A DNA stretch of 62,893 bases, filler included, from Vannella sp. (GCA_023345925.1; 5 parts of 5 records of this genome joined end to end with filler, not necessarily neighbours in it), one strand, 5' to 3'. Positions 34,448 to 46,004 are shown, numbered from the whole stretch's first letter. Program-made: numbers and translations. Notes: generated by a model from the letters alone, not told the origin.

Positions 34448-35116
34448 ATGGCTCTATCTGCCTCCTCAAGATGCGTTTTATCCGAAAATGGTTGGAAATC
34501 TCCGAGATTCGGAAGAGGATCATTGAATGTGGCAAAAGAGTTGTCCATGGACATCTGTCAAGAAGTTGGTAGTCACCTCACTCTTTTGCAGCAATGGCGA
34601 ACCTGACATGGCCTGACGTCGTGTGCCATTGATGCAAAGTGTGACCTACACGAATTGAAAGGTCAAGAGGAGAGCTTCGGTTATGTTTCCTGTTCAGGAT
34701 CCTCTCTTCTTCACTACGCCATTATTGGAGGTAATGTCGAAGCAATCACATGTTTACTGGACAGTGGACTCTCTCTATCAGCAACCAATCACTTTGGAGA
34801 GTCTCCTTTGCACTGGGCTTGTCGGCTGGCTAGTCCTGAAGTTATCCGTCTCCTCTTGATGCGAGGCGCTGATGTTAACCTCGCAGATAATGATGATGAC
34901 ACTCCACTCCACTGGTCTACGAGTGAAGACAACAAACCTGACTTTCAACTTCTCCTCAGTGCTGGCGCTTCCACTGAAACGAAGAACAGAGCCCAACTGA
35001 AGCCAGAGGATGAAGCGTCCCTTCAAGGTGCCTACCTCATTGATCAACATACAGTAAAACCTCTTCGTAGGTTCCTGCGAAGGGCCAAGAGGAGACTCCA
35101 AAGCTACTCATTTTGA
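34448..35116 (+). CDS. Ankyrin-repeat protein
   Basis: SLLHYA..GGN, GESPLHWAC, DTPLHWS ankyrin motifs; first exon inferred. Confidence 0.85.
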
Positions 35117-35478
35117 AAGCAAACTATTATGGGATACTATTGCAGTCAAGCTCTGGCATTTGGACTTTCAATTCATTGTGTGATTAAACTTGAACGAATT
35201 TTTCAATCCGATCGAGGTACTGGTTGATCATTGTGAGTAAACCTTTTTGATCCCAACCAACTCCGATCTGATGAAGCTCTCATGGATCTTGAGCACATGA
35301 AGATGTGGTTCCCCACTGTAGCTAACAATGTCTTATAATTCGTTTGCAATGACGCAGAAGAGCGCCGCTTCTTTATCAGGAAAGAAATGCGCTGGCTGTT
35401 GAATCCTCATCCACAGGAATCACAATCCCGATCTCGATTTTGGTGGTGGATCGGATTTATTTGGTTAGAACTACCATA

Positions 35479-38400
35479 TCAACAGGTGAGATCGACAACT
35501 TCAGCGTTGCTGTTTGGGGAAGGGAAAGCAGAGATCATGTTTTTCATGTACATGTGAGCCAAAGTCTCCGTTATCCTTCCATGTGACGCGTTGTGGTCGC
35601 TTTCTTGATTGTGAGCAAGCTCGTGGCAAAAAATCACAAACCAAAAGATAGCCGTTTCTTGTTCAGTGGAACCTCTGTGGCATTGAAAGTAATAGCGGAG
35701 ATTGAAGTACAGAAGGCTCTTCTGATTGAAAGCAATCGTATTGGATTTGACATCCAAGAAGATTTTGCAAGCTTCAACCTTCAATACTGAGAAACAACCA
35801 GCCAATCGTCTAATCAAAAGAGTGAAAAAGACAAGAGCTTCTTTCCATTCCCCAATCATTTCCTGTGAAGCGTCAGGGCTCCTGTACAGTTCAAAGCCTT
35901 CGTCACTATCATCGAGAGTAAAATCGGAATCGATTACGCAGTCGTACCAGCACTCGTCCTTTTGAAAAGGTTGATCTGCTGTGTCAACGCCCTCCTTGAG
36001 TGGTAGTGGGAGTTTATCCAGCTCTCCCTCTTCTAGTGAGGTCTTCCGGCCTTTGTCTGCCACGTCCTCTGCAAGTGGCAGTGGAACGGACTCCTTATCC
36101 TCCTCTTCATTGCCCTCACCATTGGAGCTTTTGATGATCTTTTCATGGCGAAGCAAGTTGCTTTCCTTGCTTCGAGAGAAGTCTTCCACTTCGATCTTTC
36201 TCTCACAGGGTTCGTGCTTGGCTATCTTTGGAATTGTGTCTGGCGAGTACCCTAACACCCGTTGAATTGGCCAACCTCGACTGTCGAGTGACTTTAAAGG
36301 AATCTGGAGGAGCTGAGCGATCAACGTTCCTCTTTCTTCAACGAGAGAGCGTTCATTTGTGATCATCTGTGAAATGGACAAGCCAATGTCAAAGAAGTTG
36401 ATGTTCTCTCCTCTGTGGATCAACAGTGTCTGGTCAATAATAGTGCACATGGAGATCTCTTTGGAGTTGGAGAGTTTGAACTCTTTGGACTGAAACACAA
36501 GCATCCGTTTGATTTGGTCAGCCTCTCTCACTTTGAGCTTACTTAGCATATCTTTTGCACTGGAGTGCAAACGTGACTGAGGGGCACCGTTCTTTTGATG
36601 AAGGAACAAAGGATATCTTTGTTTGATGAGGTCTGAAAGTTCGAGGGCACTCAAAGTCTTCACCAGCTTTCCACTGGCTGCTGCCTTCTCTTGGACATGA
36701 GTTGTAAGCCACGGAGATCCCAGTGTATGATAGAGCTCCTCGAGCAAGGGATTGTTGCAGAATGCAGCGCAAACTGGCTTGAGAATCTCTTTCCAGGAGG
36801 TATTATCTACCAGATAGCACGAAGCAGCGTCGGTCAATAGAATGGAGTTATTCTGCTCCTCAACGGCAAGCAAGAATCTCTTTTGCTTTAACTTCCTTAT
36901 CATTGTTGAGGAGAGTGAATGCAAATGGCGACTGAGTTGTTTGAGAATCTCCAAGTAGCGCTCCTCATTGAAAGCCTCTGAGTTATAGAATGAAAACCAC
37001 GAATCTCCTTCAGAGAAGGCCTCTCCAAATTCCTTGGCTTCCGGACTCACTTTGGCTCCACACGTGAGGAGAAACTCGTTTGCAACAGGACCGTAATCAA
37101 GATAGGCAAAGAGCTCCGGCCAAGTTGCGACGGGAGTGTCCTCCTCATCCTCTGCAATCATTGGAACCAACACGGACGAGGCTTTTTGGCACCCCAGTGG
37201 CGTTGGCACAAAGGCTAAGCTCTTCAATTTCTTCATCTGAGCTGGTGAGATCTTGGAATCAGCAAAGTACTCAAAGATCTCTCGTGCGTTTTCCACGTTG
37301 ATGAACGACTCTGGGTCATCTTGAAGAAGCTTCAAGATGTCCTTCATCGGAGGCTGCCAGCGCACGCCAACGGATTTCAGATCCACATTACACTCGTTTG
37401 CCAGATCCACAAGAGAGGGGTGAATGGCTGGCATGAACTGATTTGGTTCTACAAAAAGATCCTTCGGGGCACGAAGGCAAAGATCAGCTCCCAATAGTAT
37501 TGGAATGTCCTTTTGTTCTGGGTGCTCCTCCAGAAATGCCCGGTAGTGCACCTCAAAGAAGGAGAAGAAGAAGCGGACTCGAAACAAGTATCTCTCAGAG
37601 GGATCGACATCTTCCTCACATCCGCCAAAAAGCTGAAGGATGGTGGGAAAGGCTTCCACATGAAGGTGCGTTTTGAGAAATGAACCCATTTCAAAGGAAG
37701 GAGCCTTCTCAAAATGGAGGACGAATGGAGGAGATTGTAAAGAAGACATTGTGGACCACCAGCTTGAGATGAGAGTGTCAGCAAAAGGAACTTGAACCTT
37801 CAAGTGCTCGATCGAAAGCAGGCATTCTTTGGGTGCCTGCGTGGTTGATAGCTCTTGTTCAGTATCGCTAAATGCTCTGCAGTCCAAGAACGCAGCACGG
37901 CGAACCTGCTCCCAATCCTGCTCCTTTAACTCATCAGACTGCTGCATCAGATTCTCCAGCACCTCGAGTCTATTTTGGATTCCATTTCCAATCACCAAGT
38001 CCCGAACTAAGACAGAAGCAGGTGGGGCAACACGAACTCCAAGCCTCTTCAACATCCTTTTCGAGACAGAATTCAATTTTTCATCAGCCTTCTTCTGGGG
38101 CTCTTCTTCGAGCTGAATCACCTCCACGTCTTCGTACTTCTCTTCATTGACTGTCAAATGAACGACAAAAGTCGCTCCCTCGTCAGCATCAACCCAGCAA
38201 GCCGGCAAAGCCGTGAGGTTTGGCGTTCTCATTACCACAGGGGAGGTGTCACCGGGTTTAGAAGTGCAAGGAATACACGCTGACTGCGAAAGAGCAGCAA
38301 AAAATGGTATTTGAAGGTGCTCCGCTACAGCATGTCGAGAAAAGAAGGAAAGAATGGATGGAGCGAAAAGAGGGTCACTGGCGTAGTGTGATACCTTCTT

Positions 38401-40323
38401 GTGGGCTGTCTTCTTGGTCGCCTTCCTCAAAAAGTCAGCAATCCAGTCTTCCACACGATAGCGTTTGAGTTCCAGCAGTCTGCGAAGAACGGCTTCCGAA
38501 AACTTGTTCACGATTTTCACTGAAAGGACGTAGAGAGGCACGGGAAGGCCTCTGAGCTCACTGGAAGCAAATCGGCTGATAGAACCTGTTGGTTTGCTTG
38601 GGGAAAGATGGTCCTCCGAGTAGTGAGCAGCGAAGAAGACCGAGCGGTACTGTACTGGATCATGCCCTTGTTGCAGCTTCTCGAGAACCCAACTTATGAG
38701 AGTGCAAAGCTGTCCACAATTCAAGACAGTCTGCTCCAAGCCTTTGCGAATGGTAGAAAGGGGCAGAGCTGGAATCATCTTCTCCTCTTTCAGCTTCAAA
38801 AAGAAGCCTTCAGTGCCTCTAAAGGGGAGATATTCCGGGTCTGGTACAGGAAGAGAAAGAGCTCCCAGAAGCGACAGCAGCGAAGCATCGCAGTGGAATG
38901 CTTCCGAAGACGGCAAGGAACCAACAGTGGTCTGGATTGTCGGAGATCCAGCAATAGAGAAGAAACCAGAGCAAAAAGTGCGGGACACAATCTCTTGTGG
39001 TGCGCTGCTTCCAAACTCAAAGACCGATGCCAAGGCAAATGGACTGGAGAAGTCCCCATCGGAGGAAGGGAATTTGCGTTCCATGCAAAAGTCGTAGAAC
39101 AGCCGGGAACACTTTCCCAATGCGAAAAGGAGAAGCGAGTTCCATTGGCCAAGATAAGCGTCTTGGAAGTCGATGTTCTCTCTCTCAATCGTTGGATAGA
39201 AGTGGCCGGCTAAGTGAGTTCGGCAACCAGTAAGTTGATGTGTGGAGATTCCCACAAATATTTTGCCTTCTTTCAAGGTATCTCCTTGTGGTTGGAATAG
39301 GAGAGAGCATTGTGTGGTAGCGGGAACGTTTTTCTTCAAGATTCGGTGACACTGAGACGCAAACTTCTCCGTGGGATTGGACCGGAAGTTGCCTTGGACA
39401 ACAATGAAGCTCTCTTTCGACGAAACCTTCGATTTTCCGAGTCCTGCAGAGACCGCCAGGCTCATAGAGATCACTGAAAGAGAGTCAAGCCCCAAGGTCA
39501 GCCGCTGTTGAATGTCCGGGATGTCTTGAGGATTCAACGATGGCAATAGAGACTGGATCAGTTTTCCAGGAAGACAACACACCCTCATCTCCTCCGACAT
39601 TGGGATTGTTCTGGGCTTGGCTCCTCGAGTCTTCCTGACAACGCAAATCTCTTTGTCATTGAATAGTAACTGAATGGAACACAGACTTTTGCTGAAGAAC
39701 ATGGCACTCGATAGAAACTGCTGCAACTCGCTCAATGAGAAGGAAAGGGTCGTGTCTCTCACTCCGAACACAAAATGAGTGGAATGATGGTGAAGCCGCG
39801 CGTTGATAGTAGAACCACTCTCTTTCATTCGACTGGTGCATAGTTGGTCCTGTTTCCAATGAAAGGCAAGCCAGATACCATCGGAATAGATCAAGGGATG
39901 CTCTGTGAAGGAGAAGACGCTGTAGAACCCAACTCCAAACATTCCGACTGTTTGTTCGTCCGGATTGCCTTCTGCAATCTTTGAGATGCGTTCCCAGTCA
40001 AGCTCAGAGAACGCTCTGCCGTTGTTACTCAGCCTGATCTCTTCCAATCCTGTAATCTTCTCAGGATTGCGAGAAGTCTGTTTGGAGGAGAACTCGATGC
40101 AGATCTCGGTCGCTCCAGCGTCATCTGCGTTTTGGATAAGCTCTCGAAAGGTACTGTAGTCTCCTGAATACCGAGCCAGCATCTTGTCGATAAGCGCCCT
40201 TTGGTTCACGAGAACCTGAGCCTCCACACCATCTCTCATGATGGCCTCCCTCAGAGTGTCAGCTTTCATCTTTTTCTTAGCAGGAGCCTTCGGAGGATCC
40301 TTCGTCTCTCGCCCTCGCTTCAT
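35479..40323 (-). CDS. GHKL (Hsp90/sacsin-like) ATPase + DUF3684-like region + C-terminal HExxH zincin domain, intronless
   Basis: VNQRALIDKMLARYS...RELIQNADDA, NNG..FS..DW.RI..IAEGNPDE..VG.FGVGFYS; C-terminal TIAFN...L.FNLRY...CHELAHN...H. Confidence 0.85.
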   Translation of the reverse strand: MKRGRETKDPPKAPAKKKMKADTLREAIMRDGVEAQVLVNQRALIDKMLARYSGDYSTFRELIQNADDAGATEICIEFSSKQTSRNPEKITGLEEIRLSNNGRAFSELDWERISKIAEGNPDEQTVGMFGVGFYSVFSFTEHPLIYSDGIWLAFHWKQDQLCTSRMKESGSTINARLHHHSTHFVFGVRDTTLSFSLSELQQFLSSAMFFSKSLCSIQLLFNDKEICVVRKTRGAKPRTIPMSEEMRVCCLPGKLIQSLLPSLNPQDIPDIQQRLTLGLDSLSVISMSLAVSAGLGKSKVSSKESFIVVQGNFRSNPTEKFASQCHRILKKNVPATTQCSLLFQPQGDTLKEGKIFVGISTHQLTGCRTHLAGHFYPTIERENIDFQDAYLGQWNSLLLFALGKCSRLFYDFCMERKFPSSDGDFSSPFALASVFEFGSSAPQEIVSRTFCSGFFSIAGSPTIQTTVGSLPSSEAFHCDASLLSLLGALSLPVPDPEYLPFRGTEGFFLKLKEEKMIPALPLSTIRKGLEQTVLNCGQLCTLISWVLEKLQQGHDPVQYRSVFFAAHYSEDHLSPSKPTGSISRFASSELRGLPVPLYVLSVKIVNKFSEAVLRRLLELKRYRVEDWIADFLRKATKKTAHKKVSHYASDPLFAPSILSFFSRHAVAEHLQIPFFAALSQSACIPCTSKPGDTSPVVMRTPNLTALPACWVDADEGATFVVHLTVNEEKYEDVEVIQLEEEPQKKADEKLNSVSKRMLKRLGVRVAPPASVLVRDLVIGNGIQNRLEVLENLMQQSDELKEQDWEQVRRAAFLDCRAFSDTEQELSTTQAPKECLLSIEHLKVQVPFADTLISSWWSTMSSLQSPPFVLHFEKAPSFEMGSFLKTHLHVEAFPTILQLFGGCEEDVDPSERYLFRVRFFFSFFEVHYRAFLEEHPEQKDIPILLGADLCLRAPKDLFVEPNQFMPAIHPSLVDLANECNVDLKSVGVRWQPPMKDILKLLQDDPESFINVENAREIFEYFADSKISPAQMKKLKSLAFVPTPLGCQKASSVLVPMIAEDEEDTPVATWPELFAYLDYGPVANEFLLTCGAKVSPEAKEFGEAFSEGDSWFSFYNSEAFNEERYLEILKQLSRHLHSLSSTMIRKLKQKRFLLAVEEQNNSILLTDAASCYLVDNTSWKEILKPVCAAFCNNPLLEELYHTLGSPWLTTHVQEKAAASGKLVKTLSALELSDLIKQRYPLFLHQKNGAPQSRLHSSAKDMLSKLKVREADQIKRMLVFQSKEFKLSNSKEISMCTIIDQTLLIHRGENINFFDIGLSISQMITNERSLVEERGTLIAQLLQIPLKSLDSRGWPIQRVLGYSPDTIPKIAKHEPCERKIEVEDFSRSKESNLLRHEKIIKSSNGEGNEEEDKESVPLPLAEDVADKGRKTSLEEGELDKLPLPLKEGVDTADQPFQKDECWYDCVIDSDFTLDDSDEGFELYRSPDASQEMIGEWKEALVFFTLLIRRLAGCFSVLKVEACKIFLDVKSNTIAFNQKSLLYFNLRYYFQCHRGSTEQETAIFWFVIFCHELAHNQESDHNASHGRITETLAHMYMKNMISAFPSPNSNAEVVDLTC

Positions 40324-40885
40324 TCGGGAAAAGGAGAACGAAAAAATGAGGAAGAAATGGATCGGAAGAAACGGATTTTCGCCCTTTTCACTTCACTTCT
40401 CTTCACTTCACTTCTCTTCTCTTGTCTTCAGTATAACCGATTTCCTATTTTCTGTATCACTTCAAGTTCATTTGGTTAAATAGAGTTCAGTCTGCGAACT
40501 GTTCAAGTTGAAAAGCCGACCTTCCTCCATCCTCAATGAACGAACTTGGAGAGGGAGTTTCAGAGCGAGAAGCCAGAACCAGAGGAAGCCTTTGTCTATG
40601 AAGGGGAAGGTGACGCAGAGTTAACTGTGGAACTGGACAATGTCTGCGTTCTTGAGAAGTTGCTGAACCATAAGGCGTCTCTGTGAGAGAAAGATGGCAA
40701 GTTTGATACGGAATTAGAGGAAGAGGTTGCGCCAGCTGATGTGCTACTAGATTAGACGAAAGTGAAACAGTCTCCGATAGCGTCACCTGAAGGCGTCCTT
40801 CCTTCCACTTCTCTTCACTCCAAAAGATATTTATCATTCAACAGATAGACCATTGGTTGATAGCTTCTACTTTAAGTATGAAGGT

Positions 40886-43800
40886 TTACAGTCTTGGTTC
40901 CCAAGCATCTTCACCTTCATCGATGATGAATGCGATCCTCTTACTGGCACCTCGAACGTGGCGAATGCGCGATCCCTCGTCTCCGTAAAGCCCTCTAGAT
41001 CCACACACACATCGAATCAACATGATCATGCAACACAGCAAGATCCACACAAAGCCTGCAGTGGACAAAAGAAGTGCCAGATCGTTGTACGAAGACCCAA
41101 GAACGAAATTTTTCGCACTGCTTGACCCACAAGGATCAGCATCACCAGCTCTTCGTCCTGACAAGAGGAGAGCAAAGTTGGTAAAGTGGGGCGTGCTCCC
41201 GCACAAAAGAGCAGTTCCACTCCCTTTTTTCCTACTCAAGCACTTGTCTTGGCATCTCCAAATACCAGGAGTTATTGTCTCATCCAAAAAGCCCAAGCAT
41301 TGACGCGAAGCATCCACAGTGGAGTTGGAATTGATGCAAACTATGGCTGGCTCTTCCAGGGGGGCAGCATTTCCGTTGTTATCTACGACCGTGACATTGA
41401 GAACGATCGAGAGAACTTGATTCCCATTTAGGGAAGGAGGGATATCCTCTTCCTTCGGTTGGATCACACTTAAGTTCAAGGAACCGGGGAGGTTTGTAGA
41501 GAGTTGAACTTCTCCCACAACTTGTCCAAACTCATTTGATACTACTCCAAACAACTCCGTTGGTTGGGAGGCCTTCGTCTTTGAGACGGAAGGGGACTCG
41601 GGAACAGGTAAACTCCCCGAAATGGATAGCGACTCAAACAAACTTGAAGAGATTTGCTTGGATGAACTTTCTGTGGGCGAGTTTTGCATCGAAAGGAAAA
41701 TCATGGGCGAAGGTGAAGAGCTTGATAGTTCCAAACTCTCTGGTGCTGCCAAGGATCTACTAGTGATCAATGAAGTAGCAGAGGAACTGAAAATAATCTG
41801 AGATGCACTTTCAGATACGATCGGAGAAGCTAAAGAAGAAGAAGAAGGAGGAGAACTGCTTGCTAGACTTCCGGGCTTCGATGGTGTTGACTGGTCGGAG
41901 ATAGATTGCGGGAGACTTTCTGAAGGAGAATTTGAAGAAGACATAGAACCCAGTAACGAGGAAGCCGATGAGGGACTAGGCCTAATCGTAGGAGAGGATG
42001 AGGTACTCCAGCTAAGAGAAATCTGGCTCTCAGAAGCAAGGGGGCTTGAAGTGGATGAATGAGTTGCTGAGAACGAAAGAGTGGAAGAGTCTGATGAAGT
42101 AGGAGTGAAGATTATTGCAGAAGATGAAGTGTCACTCAAGGTGGAGGTTGACGAGCTTATTGATGGGGATTGAGAAGAACTGGCAGTTTGTGTCAAAGAA
42201 AACGAACTGGACCAGCTCCCCAAAACACTGCCGGACTCTGAGGTGCTTCGAGAAAGCGAAGAAAAAGCTACTTGCGAAGAGTTGGAGGGACTTGAAGACG
42301 GTGACATAGCTTGGGTATCTGAAGTTGTCTCAGAGACACTCAAGCTGACCGAAGCCGTGAGAGTGGGTGTTGCAGACAAGGAAAGTGTTGAGGATGAAGA
42401 CAATGATGAAGTATCACTTACAGAGGTAGACGAGTTGGTGATACTAATCGTCATACTCTTTGAGGTAGTCTCACTCTTTGTGACAGATGAGGAAGGGGTT
42501 TGAGAAGGCGACAAAGATTCGCTTTTAGATACGCTTGGGGTATTACTGAGGCGAAGAGAGGCGCTATTTGAGGCAGTGCAAGTGACGCTATTAGAGACAG
42601 ATGGAGGGGATGATGGAGTGAGAGTTGGGGAAAGAGACAAAGATTCGCTTTCGGAACTCGATAAAGTGTTACTCGCGCTAAAAGAAACACTGTTTGAGGC
42701 AGTGCTAGTGACGCTATTAGAGGAAGTGCTAGTGACGCTATTTGAGGCAGTGCTAGTGACGCTATTTGAGGCAGTGATAGTGACGCTATTTGAGGAAGTA
42801 ACAAAGACACTATTTGAGGAAGTGATAGTGACGCTATTTGAAGAAGTGCTAGTGGCGCTATTAGAGGAAGTGCTGGTGGCGCTATTAGAGGAAGTAACAG
42901 AGACGCTATTTGAGGAAGTGCTAGTGACGCTATATGAGGCAGTAACAGAGACGCTATTTGAGGCAGTGCTAGTGACGCTATTTGAAGCAGTAGCAGCGAC
43001 GCTATTTGAGGCAGTAGCATTAGTCGATAGAGTGCCACTGGCGGTGAGAGAAACACTGTTTGAGGCAGTGCAAGTGGCACTGTTTGAGGGAGTAGCAGAG
43101 ATACTATCTGTGACTGATGGAGATGATGAGATACTGAGAGTTGATGAAAGAGACAAAGATTCACTTCCAGAACTCGATAAAGTGTTACTCGCGCTGAAAG
43201 AAACACTGTTAGAGGCAGTGCAAGTGGCACTGTTTGAGGGAGTAACAGAGATACTATCTGTGACTGATGGAGATGATGAGATACTATCTGTGACTGATGG
43301 AGATGATGAGATACTGAGAGTTGATGAAAGAGACAAAGATTCGCTTCCAGAACTCGATAAAGTGTTACTCGCGCTGGAAGAAACACTGTTAGAGGCAGTG
43401 CAAGTGACACTGTTTGAGGCAGTAGCAGAGATACTATCTGTGACAGATGGAGATGATGATAGACTGAGGGTTGGGGAAAGAGACAAAGATTCGCTTCCAG
43501 AGCTCGATAAAGTATTACTCGCGCTGAAAGAAACACTGTTTGAGGTAGTAAAAGAGGCGCTATTTGAAGCAGTAGCAGAGATACTATCTGTGACAGATGG
43601 AGATGACGAGATGGTGATAGTAGGGGAAAGAGACAAAGATTCGCTTCCAGAAGTCGATAAAGTGCTACTTGCGCTAAAAGAAACACTCTTTGAGGCCGTA
43701 ACAGAGACGCTTTCTGTGGCAGATGAGGTCAGAGATGGGGACAAAGAGGGAGTATCGGTTACGGAAGCAGAGGAGGAGCAAGTTGAACTGGAGGTAACGG

Positions 43801-45439
43801 TGTTTGTGACAGAAGCAGATATAGAAGGAGTAACAGACAGACTCTCACTGGGAGAAGTAGAAGGGGTCTCAGAGACAGTAATGCTTTCACTGGAAGTCAA
43901 GGACGAAGAGACCGATGCACTTCTGGATTTTGTTGGTGAAACAGAAGAGCTCTCAGTGGGAGAGGGTGTAATAGAAGGTGTGGGGCTTCGAGTAAATCCG
44001 AAAGGTTTGAAACTAAACTGGCAAAGCAAATCCTCTGATGGATACAGAAAAACCGAGTCCGAAGAATTGGTGACACCTGCATCAAAAAACTTTCCAATTT
44101 CTCCTCTGTTTTGACCTCCACCTATCAGCTTGGTCATAAGGCTATCCGAAGCTGTTATGAAACCGCCCCCACCACCACCTGCGGTGTTGTTTTTGCAGTT
44201 CTGTCCTGGTGCACCATTTACTGAGAGTTGAAATTTGTTGGGCGCGATTGAGTTCGCTTCATACAACAATATGATCGCACCTCCTCCCCCTCCCCCTGTC
44301 ACTTTCATCAGATCAATCACGTGACTTGTCGGGAAGAGACTGACCTCCTCCTGCTCCAGAAGAAGAGGAACCGGCCGCTGTCACCCCATTTGCAATTATC
44401 TCAACATTTGCACTTGTTCTTGGAGACAGAAAGTTGGAATGGAGGAGAATGACACCGCCTCCATTGCCCCCATTAGGAGATTCGTTTCTGTCAAACTGAT
44501 TGCCAGCGCCCCCACCACCTCCTGCTCGATGTGAGACATATGAGGCGGTCAAAGAAGAAACTTACCATAGAAAAGGCTGCTACGTGGTCTAGTATAGTAG
44601 TTCGTGTTCATGCCTAATCCCCCCTCCCCTCCAAGTGGCGTCGTGCTGGGGCCACCACTCCCAAACCCTCCTCCTCCTCCTCCACTGTTGCCATCACCAG
44701 ATCCATCCTGATTGCCTCCTCCTCCTGCGTTTTGGATGAGTCCACGAGCACAGCCACGAGGATAAGTTGACGGACTAGAGAAGCCACGAGGAGTTCCTCC
44801 AACTCCCTCCCCCTTCCGTGCATTCAGTGGTGCAACGTTCACGTCAAAGTCAGAGTCATCATACTGATTGGTCTGGCCAGAGCCATTCACAGCTGACCAA
44901 TAAGAGAGCCCTCCTCGGAAGCCTGCGCCACTCCAATCAAGATCAGCACCCAGAGTTGTTTCATTCGCCAAGAGGACGAGGATCCCACCAACTTCTCCAT
45001 CCCACGGTACGACTGCTGGAGGTTGCTCTATGTTGAGGACAAGGCAAACACGCGTGCGTACCACTTGGAAGCGAGACACCGAGTCTCGGTTGTATGTCTT
45101 CTGAAGAGGGCGCTGGAGCGTGATGCTGAGAGAAGAGGGGTGATCTGTCACTGACGCAACAACGTTGAACTCGTACCGACCTGAGGGAAGAGGTAGGCGC
45201 TCTTGGACTTGATGGATCATGATGGCGTCTCCTGGGGAGAGCTGGTCGCTGGCTACCAGTGGAGAGACCTCGATGGAATAGTTGTTCGTGGTTCTTATGC
45301 CTTTGAAGTAAACATTGAAGGCCTGGCCCGCCTCTGTACTGCAACTTTGTTCGATCACACTCGATAAGCACTCGCTGGAGCATCCTTTTAGCAAGAGCAA
45401 CAACCAAACTACAGCAGCAATCCTCCTTGTGTGTCCCAT
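40886..45439 (-). CDS. Large cell-surface protein: signal peptide, Gly-rich bacterial-adhesin-like domain, Ser/Thr mucin stalk, GAIN/GPS domain, single TM (2 introns)
   Basis: Hydrophobic N-terminus; FQVVR..PWDG.VGGIL.L.A...GFRGG and AGGGG motifs; W.CQDKCL...LLCGSTPHFTNFALLL (GPS); one TM. Confidence 0.85.
42560..43700. repeat. Coding tandem repeats (24-bp basic unit in higher-order blocks) forming the Ser/Thr stalk
   Basis: gaggcagtgctagtgacgctattt-type units (TASNSVTS), plus longer repeated blocks containing SESLSLS. Confidence 0.9.
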
Positions 45440-45638
45440 CAACACAATGACGAAGGGACCACAGTCTGCGGAACGGTGGTTACTCAGTTTCACACCGTCT
45501 TCAAAGATTGTTCAAAGAATTGGGAACGGCATCTCGATCTCAAGGGTCCGCGGACTTTCATACTTCAAAACATTGAACAAGGATAATTGCACAAATAATC
45601 TTATCTCCTCCTGTTTATCGGAGGAGCATTATTAATCA

Positions 45639-45724
45639 ATGGCGACTTCGTGCCGCCGTGAGGCTTTGTCGCTCTACCGGGATGTGTTGCGGACTTGCCG
45701 GCTCTTTCAGTGGACTCCTCACCC
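45639..45724 (+). CDS. LYR-motif protein, 5' fragment cut by the contig end
   Basis: MATSCRREALSLYRDVLRTCRLFQW. Confidence 0.75.
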
Positions 45725-45824
45725 NNNNNNNNNNNNNNNNNNNNNNNNNNNNNNNNNNNNNNNNNNNNTTAATTAATTAANNNNNNNNNNNNNNNNNNNN
45801 NNNNNNNNNNNNNNNNNNNNNNNN
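45725..45824. other. Artificial contig-joining spacer
   Basis: N-TTAATTAATTAA-N. Confidence 0.98.
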
Positions 45825-45909
45825 GTCTTCGCAGGTCCACTTGGCCTCTCGCTCGTTGTAAAAGCTAAGACATGGCGGGTTTGCTTTGAAAGACTTTGTT
45901 TCTTTTGGT
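45825..45909. repeat. Exact 85-bp direct duplicate of 46498-46582 (GAIN-coding segment)
   Basis: gtcttcgcaggtccacttgg...gtttcttttggt is identical in both places. Confidence 0.9.
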
Positions 45910-45964
45910 TATCTCGAGATGGGAGTCTTTGCTAGAATCATCACTCTTGCAGTATACGTAGATA

Positions 45965-46004
45965 CGATTCACAATGTAACGTATATACGTAGCATTGTGA
46001 ATCG
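45965..46004. other. Near-perfect 40-bp inverted repeat (hairpin)
   Basis: cgattcacaatg-ta-acgtatatacgt-ag-cattgtgaatcg. Confidence 0.85.

Noticed and set aside
35349..35404. SECIS element
   Set aside because: Helix spacing and the apical AA do not fit, and no in-frame UGA selenoprotein candidate lies upstream
42560..43700. Repeat array that might be taken for CRISPR
   Set aside because: In-frame coding repeats with no unique spacers and no cas genes; eukaryotic context
42451..44114. Long alternative-frame ORFs (512 aa on +, 411 aa on -)
   Set aside because: Shadows of the Ser/Thr repeat stalk, whose repeats lack stop codons in other frames
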